Below the pieces are notes generated by a model. The model did not search any database. It saw only the letters and a program-made list of their open reading frames with translations, and was not told the DNA's origin. The position numbers and the translations under genes are program-made. From an uncultured Gammaproteobacteria bacterium (GTDB taxonomy: Bacteria; Patescibacteriota; Microgenomatia; Daviesbacterales; UBA10151): 64,000 bases of DNA. The DNA lies in the NCBI GenBank assembly GCA_964392925.1, contig CAYMRP010000004.1, positions 71,184 to 135,183 on the forward strand, read 5' to 3'. Shown here in pieces: positions 58,198 to 64,000 of the stretch; within the stretch, counting starts at the first letter, position 1; each line of letters begins with the position of its first letter.

Positions 58198-59718
58198 ATG
58201 TACTTACTTAATAAAATTGATTCTCTTCTAAATTCAATCACCATGTACCGGCTGGTGCTATATGTATTACTAGTCCAATCCGCATTCGCAATAATTCTAG
58301 GTTTTCTAAATCTCCTACCTTATTCCGGAATCCAATTCACACTGACGCTTCTAGTTTTAGTCATAGTTAGTTATATATCCAATTTAATTTTTGCCTGGAC
58401 CGTCAAAGCCGTAGTTAACGTAGAGTCCTGGTTAATAACTGCCTTGATTCTTTTTTTAGTCCTGGCCCCGATAAATAATTTTCAGGATTTTATAGTCACC
58501 ACTGTTATCGCGATAGTGGCTATGGCTTCCAAATACTTTTTAACTTATGACAAAAGACATATCTTTAATCCGGCCGCTTTAGCTATGTTTCTAGCTAGCC
58601 TTTTCGGTTTCGGAAATTCTATTTGGTGGATTGGAAGTTCAATTATGCTGCCTGTCGTTTTAGTAACCGGCTTATTAATTGTTAGAAAAATTAGGAGATT
58701 TAGGTTAGTGATTATGTTCCTTGTCACAGCTGTCCTAACAGTCAGTGTCTTTAATTATTTAAATGGTATTCCTCTTACCCAAGCCTTAATCCAAGTTTTT
58801 ACATCTTGGCCTTTAATCTTTTTTGCAACGATTATGTTAACAGAGCCATTCACAACTCCTCCCAACAGAGAGTTCCGAAATTACTACGGAGTTTTTACTG
58901 GAGCATTATTTGGCTCTCAATTCTCAATCGGTCCTCTTTACGCTTCTCCAGAGCTCGCCCTAGTTGCCGGTAATTTTGTGTCATTTCTTTTAAGTCCTAA
59001 GGGTAAATTAATCCTTAAGTTTAAACAAAGAAACCAACTCGCTCCAACAATTTTCGAATTTATTTTTTCTCACAATGGGAAATATAATTTTACTCCTGGC
59101 GAATATTTAGAATGGACCCTGCCTCACCCAAATTCAGATTCAAGAGGTGTCAGAAGATATTTCACTATTGCCTCCTCCCCAGAAGAACCAGATTTAAAAC
59201 TTGGGGTTAAAATTATTCCTGATAAATCAAGTAGTTTTAAAAAAGCTCTCTTGGCTTTACAGCCCGGCAGTACACTTGCCGCCGACCAACTCTCGGGTGA
59301 TTTTGTCCTGCCTAAAAATCCCTCTCAAAAATTAGTTTTTATTGCTGGAGGAATCGGGGTAACTCCGTTTCGCAGTATGATTAATAGTCTAATTGTTAGT
59401 GGCGCAAAAAAGGACATAGTCCTTTTTTATAGCGCCGCAGATCCAAAAGAATTCGTCTATAAAGATATTTTCACTCAAGCAGAATCTTCCGGACTTAAAA
59501 CAGTTTATGTTTTTGGCGGTAAAGAAGTACCGCCTGATTGGCAAGGGGAGACAGGATTTCTAAATGAAGCAATGCTCAGAAAATATGTCCCTGATCTGAA
59601 AGAACGGAAATTCTATATGTCAGGTCCTGTCGCGATGGTTAACAATTATAAAGGCCTTCTGAAAACCCTAGGCATCTCCAACTCATCAATCGTTACCGAC
59701 TACTTCCCCGGCTTCTAG
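58198..59718 (+). CDS. Fusion protein: NqrB/RnfD-like polytopic membrane domain + C-terminal ferredoxin-NADP reductase-like FAD/NAD(P)H-binding domain
   Basis: The N-terminal ~280 aa carry about 8 TM helices with RHIFNPAALAMF (compare RnfD/NqrB ...FNPAM/LNPAL) and TEPFTTP (compare TDPVTAS). The C-terminus has the RxYS FAD motif (RRYFTIASSPEEP) and an NAD(P)-binding GxGxxP motif (FIAGGIGVTPF). Confidence 0.65.
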   Translation: MYLLNKIDSLLNSITMYRLVLYVLLVQSAFAIILGFLNLLPYSGIQFTLTLLVLVIVSYISNLIFAWTVKAVVNVESWLITALILFLVLAPINNFQDFIVTTVIAIVAMASKYFLTYDKRHIFNPAALAMFLASLFGFGNSIWWIGSSIMLPVVLVTGLLIVRKIRRFRLVIMFLVTAVLTVSVFNYLNGIPLTQALIQVFTSWPLIFFATIMLTEPFTTPPNREFRNYYGVFTGALFGSQFSIGPLYASPELALVAGNFVSFLLSPKGKLILKFKQRNQLAPTIFEFIFSHNGKYNFTPGEYLEWTLPHPNSDSRGVRRYFTIASSPEEPDLKLGVKIIPDKSSSFKKALLALQPGSTLAADQLSGDFVLPKNPSQKLVFIAGGIGVTPFRSMINSLIVSGAKKDIVLFYSAADPKEFVYKDIFTQAESSGLKTVYVFGGKEVPPDWQGETGFLNEAMLRKYVPDLKERKFYMSGPVAMVNNYKGLLKTLGISNSSIVTDYFPGF

Positions 59719-59727
59719 TTATATTAC

Positions 59728-59752
59728 GTTTCGAACGCAGTGAGAAAAACAT
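59728..59752. repeat. Copy B of the 25-nt dispersed motif (GTTTCGAACGCAGTGAGAAAAACAT)
   Basis: Matches copies at 2245 and 59764; in tandem with copy C (36-nt offset) upstream of gene 59868. Confidence 0.6.
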
Positions 59753-59763
59753 GCTCTTCATAT

Positions 59764-59788
59764 TTTTCGAGCATAGCGAGAAAATACT
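59764..59788. repeat. Copy C of the 25-nt dispersed motif (TTTTCGAGCATAGCGAGAAAATACT)
   Basis: See copies A and B. Confidence 0.6.
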
Positions 59789-59867
59789 TTACTGTGTTTC
59801 GCTAACAAGTTAGAATATTGACAAACGCCACAAAGTTGCATATACTTAATGCCACAAGGTTGCAATT

Positions 59868-60857
59868 ATGGAAAGAAGAGAAGCCTCTAACGAACTAAAT
59901 AAATCACTAAACTCTGTTGGCTTAAGACTTGAAGGTGCCCCAAAAGTTATAATCCCTAAAACGCTTAGTGCTGAAATTCTGGCAGCAAAAGCCATCGCTA
60001 TGTCAGAAGACATGCAATATGGTTTTGATTTAGCAAATATAGTCACAGATCTCAGGCAATCTGCAATCAGAACCCTAAAAGACGGAAAGTCCTTTCCATT
60101 AGTACTGGATATACCAAACCTCGCAGATCCGAATTATGAACCTACTCCAGCTGATATTGCGCCTTCTTTGCTCGCCGCAAGTCTTGGAAGTTTTGCAATT
60201 GTCAGGATTGCTATGCCAAACTCAGATCACAGTATATCGCAGCTTTACGGAACAACTACACCCAGAACAAACATTGATGAGGGGGAACTGCAATTTACTT
60301 ACATCGGATTAAGAGTCTCGAGTAAGAGCGGTTATAAATGGGAGTCCCCCGCGCAAATAGATCCTTTAAGACCAGACCTGGTCTCTCCGGCCGATATGGA
60401 AACTTATTTATCAGGTGCAAATCAACTCGGCCTAGTTGGTGATCACGATAACTCAGGAATAAAAGTTTCAGATCCAAGACACTTAATAAATCTCCTCCAC
60501 GGCCTAGCAAATCCTGGACTTAGCGGACATTGGGCAGATGCACTTGAAAGTAATGGTCAAAGAAAACTTTTGACCGAAACATCAGCAAAAAGAATAATTG
60601 CCCCTAACGAGTTTGGCGACAGCTTGTATCAAGACCCCCTAAACACGACCCCTGTATTCACAATAGGTGCAGAGAGAATTCCCATGGCCATAGTTCTGGC
60701 CCCTGAACTTATGGAAGATATAGATTCTCTTGAAACCAGACGCAGTAATAAACCGGGAAGTCTTGAAACTTTGCAAGGAATGGCGCTCGCTGCACGTTTC
60801 GCGCAGAGATTAGGGGATAGCTTAGATCGGGCAATACCTAAAAGCGGAATGATTTAA
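59868..60857 (+). CDS. Hypothetical protein (no recognisable family), GC-richer than surrounding genes
   Basis: 329-aa ORF preceded by two GCCACAARGTTGCA direct repeats and the tandem 25-nt motifs. Confidence 0.4.
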   Translation: MERREASNELNKSLNSVGLRLEGAPKVIIPKTLSAEILAAKAIAMSEDMQYGFDLANIVTDLRQSAIRTLKDGKSFPLVLDIPNLADPNYEPTPADIAPSLLAASLGSFAIVRIAMPNSDHSISQLYGTTTPRTNIDEGELQFTYIGLRVSSKSGYKWESPAQIDPLRPDLVSPADMETYLSGANQLGLVGDHDNSGIKVSDPRHLINLLHGLANPGLSGHWADALESNGQRKLLTETSAKRIIAPNEFGDSLYQDPLNTTPVFTIGAERIPMAIVLAPELMEDIDSLETRRSNKPGSLETLQGMALAARFAQRLGDSLDRAIPKSGMI

Positions 60858-60859
60858 CT

Positions 60860-61396
60860 ATGCTAGAGACAGCATCACCTAAAAAATTATTTGGAAAGAA
60901 AAAAATAGAATCTCAGGATATATCAACTCATTCTTTGGGAAACCCAATTCTAATAACAGAAACTCTCGACATTTTTAACCAAAGCCTGAGTGCCGAGATT
61001 ATAAAACAGGACCAGCAAATTACAGAGGTCCTTAAAAAAACATCAGATAACTTTATTAACTTCACAGGTCCTAAAGTTTTAGATTGGAATAAAAGTACTG
61101 GAAGAATAGCATTAGCAGAAAGTGTCATCAAAAATTCCGAAACCGAGTTTTTAGCATTCCGGCAAAGAATGACCGCTATGGCAGATGCTGATGGTTGCGG
61201 TGGTAAAAATGAAATTGCAAAATCTTCAGAGTCTGCTCTTTCTTCAAATGCGAATGTTATAGATTTTGGACAGGCGAAATTAAACAAAGCCTTAGGGATA
61301 AATAATAAACATACTCATAAATCAGGGGAACACGATCATTGTTCTCACGGCAATGATTACGGAGAATGCCCTAGCGGTTGTAAAAAAGCAGCCTAA
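60860..61396 (+). CDS. Hypothetical protein with a His/Cys-rich C-terminal putative metal-binding tail
   Basis: The 178-aa ORF ends NKHTHKSGEHDHCSHGNDYGECPSGCKKAA and is translationally coupled to the upstream ORF. Confidence 0.4.
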   Translation: MLETASPKKLFGKKKIESQDISTHSLGNPILITETLDIFNQSLSAEIIKQDQQITEVLKKTSDNFINFTGPKVLDWNKSTGRIALAESVIKNSETEFLAFRQRMTAMADADGCGGKNEIAKSSESALSSNANVIDFGQAKLNKALGINNKHTHKSGEHDHCSHGNDYGECPSGCKKAA

Positions 61397-61417
61397 ACTC
61401 TAAAATTAGCTGACTAA

Positions 61418-62497
61418 ATGAAAAAAATCCTAGCAGTACTTCTCCTTTTTCTTGCGTTACAAATATCTCCTGCTTTAGCTCAGGAAAACTTAGATCAGAC
61501 CATAAATTCCTCTGGGTATTCAACCCCGACCGATGAAATAAAACTTGAAGGTGTAGTTTTAGAAGATGGAAAAAAAGTCGAAGTGACCTCTCCTAACCGG
61601 CAGGGCGAAATTCTAAATACTGAGCAATCTTTTAATGCCCCTAATTCTCCGAGTTTTAAAAATGGTGATAAAGTAAAAGTTTCAATCTTTACGAATCCTG
61701 ATAACTCTCAGCAAATTTTCATTACTGATTTTATTAGAACCAGCCCGCTTTATTGGCTGTTCGGGTTATTTGTTTTGCTTGTTTTAATAATAGGAAAAAA
61801 ATCAGGACTCGGCTCGCTCGTCGGTATGGCTATATCTTTTGCAGTTCTATTCCTTTTTATTGTTCCCCAAATAACCGCCGGTCAAAATCCAATCTGGACT
61901 ACTTTAATTGGAGTATTATTTATTCTTCCTATAACTTTTTATCTATCCCACGGCATCAATAAAAAAACTACTATTGCTCTTGTTTCAACTTTTCTTTCTG
62001 TTTGTTTTACCAGTCTATTATCAATCTTCTTTATTAATACCGCCAAAATTTCCGGCTATGCTAGTGAACAGGCCGGCTTTATTCAAACTGCCAGAAGCGG
62101 AAGCTTCGATATTCAGGGATTATTATTTGCCGGAATTGTAATAAGCATAATTGGTATTCTGGATGATGTCACTATTTCTCAGGCCTCCATTGTTAATCAA
62201 CTGAAGATCGAACTACCAAAAGCTAAAGTGCTAGAGCTTTATAAAAAAGCTATGAATATTGGTCGCGATCATATTGGCTCTGTTGTAAATACGTTAATTC
62301 TTGTTTATGCCGGCGCATCCCTGCCGCTTTTAGTTTTATTCACAGACAGCAGTATTGGTTTTAACGAAGCGCTCAACAATGAAATAGTCGCCGAAGAAAT
62401 AGTAAAAACTCTGGTTGCCAGCATCGGACTTGTTCTATCAATTCCTTTGACCACAATTCTGGCTGCTTATTTTCTCAGTAATGACAAAGAAGCTTAA
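61418..62497 (+). CDS. YibE/F-family integral membrane protein
   Basis: Signal peptide, an N-terminal extracytoplasmic domain, then about 8 TM helices; the layout matches YibE/F-like proteins. Confidence 0.5.
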   Translation: MKKILAVLLLFLALQISPALAQENLDQTINSSGYSTPTDEIKLEGVVLEDGKKVEVTSPNRQGEILNTEQSFNAPNSPSFKNGDKVKVSIFTNPDNSQQIFITDFIRTSPLYWLFGLFVLLVLIIGKKSGLGSLVGMAISFAVLFLFIVPQITAGQNPIWTTLIGVLFILPITFYLSHGINKKTTIALVSTFLSVCFTSLLSIFFINTAKISGYASEQAGFIQTARSGSFDIQGLLFAGIVISIIGILDDVTISQASIVNQLKIELPKAKVLELYKKAMNIGRDHIGSVVNTLILVYAGASLPLLVLFTDSSIGFNEALNNEIVAEEIVKTLVASIGLVLSIPLTTILAAYFLSNDKEA

Positions 62498-62862
62498 GAA
62501 TTAATAATTGCTCTTGTCGCTTCAACATCCCTGGCCATTTGTGCAGTCAAATCTTTCTTATCAGGAAAATTCATAACTGGTCTTAAAAATTTAATAACTT
62601 CAACTTCGAATTCACGGGAATTCGGAATATCCGATTCCTTCGTATCAATTAAAAAGAACTCCAATGTTTTATCATCTTCTAAGAAAACCGGAATCGGCCC
62701 GTAATGCATTGCACCAATAAATTCTTTGTCTTCAATAAAAACTTTAACTGCATAAATTCCGTCATCTAAAATTAAGTCTGTTGGGATTTCTAAATTGATT
62801 GTTGGGAACCCTAAGATCTTCCCCCGGCCCTTCCCTTTAACTTGTGTGCTCTTAAACCTCAT
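62494..62862 (-). CDS. Riboflavin kinase (stand-alone flavokinase domain)
   Basis: GKGRGKILGFPTINL matches the RibF kinase-domain motif GxGRGKxLGFPTAN. The ORF is 122 aa and overlaps the upstream DMT gene by 11 nt. Confidence 0.75.
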   Translation of the reverse strand: MRFKSTQVKGKGRGKILGFPTINLEIPTDLILDDGIYAVKVFIEDKEFIGAMHYGPIPVFLEDDKTLEFFLIDTKESDIPNSREFEVEVIKFLRPVMNFPDKKDLTAQMARDVEATRAIINS

Positions 62863-63784
62863 GCTTTAATTGTAGTGAAGATAATCTCCAAATACTAAAC
62901 ATCAAAACCGCAGCTGCCAATAATTGAGTTGGAGCCAAGAATGTTTTATACAAAACTGCATCAATAATAATAGTTAACACCGGAAACACTAATTCCAAAA
63001 TAGTCGCCACCCTAACTGGAGTCTGTTTAAGACCTTTGTAATAGATAAGCAGTGCCACCATACCAGTCGATAAAGCAATAAATCCAAATTTTAGAAACTG
63101 CGAAAAATCTGGTGTAAACAATTGCGGCATCGCCCCTAGAAAAATAATAAATGGAATAGCCAAAATTGTTGTAAAAATAAATCGTAGTCCGGTAACTGTA
63201 TTAGAGTCATACTTTGTTAAAGCCATTTTAGAGAATGTTGTCGAAGTTCCCCAAGCAAACGCTGCTCCTAACGCAAATAAAGCTGCAGTTGCAGTTCCGC
63301 TGCCAGTCCCAAAATTAACCACCCCACCAGGGAAAGTGACAAAGTATGCAGCCGCAAATGCTAGGAGTGCCCAAGGTAAATAACTCTTTTTAATCGGTTC
63401 TTTAAGAAAAATTATCGCCGAGGAAATTGCAAAAATCGGCTGTAGTTTTTGGAGTAAAAATACGACAGAGAAAGGGATGAAGTTAACTTGCAAAAGTGCA
63501 GTTGTAAACCAAAGTGTACCTAATACACCGCTAAGCAACCCAATCACAATTAAAAGTAAAAATTCTTTCCGGGTTAAACGGACAGTAATTAATTTTTTCC
63601 AGATAAATGGAATTAAAATTAATAGTCCTATTAGATGCTCATAAAATACAATAATAATCGGCGGTAAAGAATAAAGGCTCCGTCTAACAACTCCGTCCAA
63701 AGCCCAAAGCACTGCTGCCGTAATAATTAATACTGGCCCTACTTTTAAAATATGTTTAATGAAGTGATTCATATAGATCCCCAC
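62852..63784 (-). CDS. DMT-superfamily (EamA-like) transporter
   Basis: 310 aa with 10 predicted TM helices arranged as two EamA-like repeats. Confidence 0.75.
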   Translation of the reverse strand: MGIYMNHFIKHILKVGPVLIITAAVLWALDGVVRRSLYSLPPIIIVFYEHLIGLLILIPFIWKKLITVRLTRKEFLLLIVIGLLSGVLGTLWFTTALLQVNFIPFSVVFLLQKLQPIFAISSAIIFLKEPIKKSYLPWALLAFAAAYFVTFPGGVVNFGTGSGTATAALFALGAAFAWGTSTTFSKMALTKYDSNTVTGLRFIFTTILAIPFIIFLGAMPQLFTPDFSQFLKFGFIALSTGMVALLIYYKGLKQTPVRVATILELVFPVLTIIIDAVLYKTFLAPTQLLAAAVLMFSIWRLSSLQLKHEV

Positions 63785-63845
63785 ATCGCTCCGCTCCTCA
63801 GGATGACAAATTGAATTTTAAATTTTATTCCATTTGTCAATTTTC

Positions 63846-63874
63846 CAAAAAAAATCCCCGACAAAATCGGGGGT
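63846..63874 (-). terminator. Rho-independent terminator on the minus strand (CCCCGA-TTTTG-TCGGGG followed by U8)
   Basis: On the + strand this reads as an A8 run followed by TCCCCGACAAAATCGGGGG. On the minus strand it is a hairpin followed by a poly-U run, downstream of an ORF that leaves the window. Confidence 0.6.
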
Positions 63875-63916
63875 AAATTTTGCACATCAAATGCGCAGCC
63901 TTCTTTCACTCCACTT

Positions 63917-64000
63917 GCGCCTAATGGCTTGGTGGAGTGTTCCGCACAGCTTTATTAAAAGCGACGTGGAACATCCGGACTATACCGTCGACTTTGGAAT
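63917..64000 (-). CDS. Partial CDS (3' end) of a minus-strand gene that continues beyond the window
   Basis: The minus-strand frame is open from the window edge (..KVDGIVRMFHVAFNKAVRNTPPSH*) with stop TAG at 63917-63919, followed about 45 nt later by the terminator. Confidence 0.3.

Noticed and set aside
63880-64000. An RNase P RNA-like sequence at the window edge: GGAACATCCGGACTATACC resembles the P4-region GGAAAGUCCGGGCUCCAUA, and there is a perfect 8-bp hairpin CACTCCAC...GTGGAGTG.
   Set aside because: The order of conserved blocks does not fit an RNase P RNA on either strand. The minus strand carries an open reading frame running off the window (..KVDGIVRMFHVAFNKAVRNTPPSH*) followed by a clean terminator, so a protein-coding 3' end is the simpler explanation.
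1-64000. An alternative genetic code (UGA recoded, as in some CPR lineages).
   Set aside because: Conserved proteins (Lon, SecA, NrdJ, SerRS, HppA) are full-length and uninterrupted under the standard bacterial code, so there is no need to invoke recoding.

Overview
This is a 64-kb, low-GC (roughly 38-40%), densely coding fragment with most genes on the + strand. The gene content looks like a small Patescibacteria/CPR-type bacterial genome. This is an inference from a split transketolase, an NrdR regulator plus class II (B12-dependent) ribonucleotide reductase plus corrinoid adenosyltransferase, soluble and membrane pyrophosphatases side by side, a class I LysRS, a class E-like sortase, many glycosyltransferases and few Shine-Dalgarno sequences. 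All product calls come from motifs I recognise in the ORF translations; no database searches were possible. The window divides into these blocks:
- 0.2-13.4 kb: central metabolism and cell-wall genes (split transketolase, DsbA-like oxidoreductase, two sugar/nucleoside kinases, NUDIX hydrolase, LacD-like aldolase, FAD oxidase, VanW-family protein, L,D-transpeptidase, D-Ala-D-Ala carboxypeptidase).
- 13.5-30.5 kb: a cell-surface glycan locus of about 17 kb. It starts with one 1581-aa polypeptide that fuses GT2 + processive GT2 + flippase-like + GT4 domains, and ends with a sortase and an LAxTG substrate.
- 32.2-37.3 kb: nrdR-nrdJ-unknown-corrinoid adenosyltransferase.
- 37.9-44.8 kb: Lon protease, soluble PPase, membrane H+/Na+-PPase, MFS transporter.
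- 44.9-48.6 kb: an island-like set next to tRNA-Glu(CUC) holding an APH(6)-like kinase, a truncated ANT(6)-like nucleotidyltransferase, an Asp/Glu racemase, a stand-alone FtsH-type M41 peptidase domain and a long noncoding leader with terminators.
- 49-56.3 kb: class I LysRS, SerRS, a proline-rich protein, SecA.
- 56.3-63.8 kb: a candidate novel flavin-based module (Fur-family regulator, FMN_bind protein, ApbE flavin transferase, NqrB/RnfD-like membrane domain fused to an FNR-like reductase), followed by unknown genes, YibE/F, riboflavin kinase and a DMT transporter.
Two dispersed noncoding repeat families (a ~110-130 bp element in two copies and a 25-nt motif in three copies) and several short tandem or direct repeats sit in intergenic regions. 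No CRISPR arrays, rRNA genes, transposases or integrases were seen.
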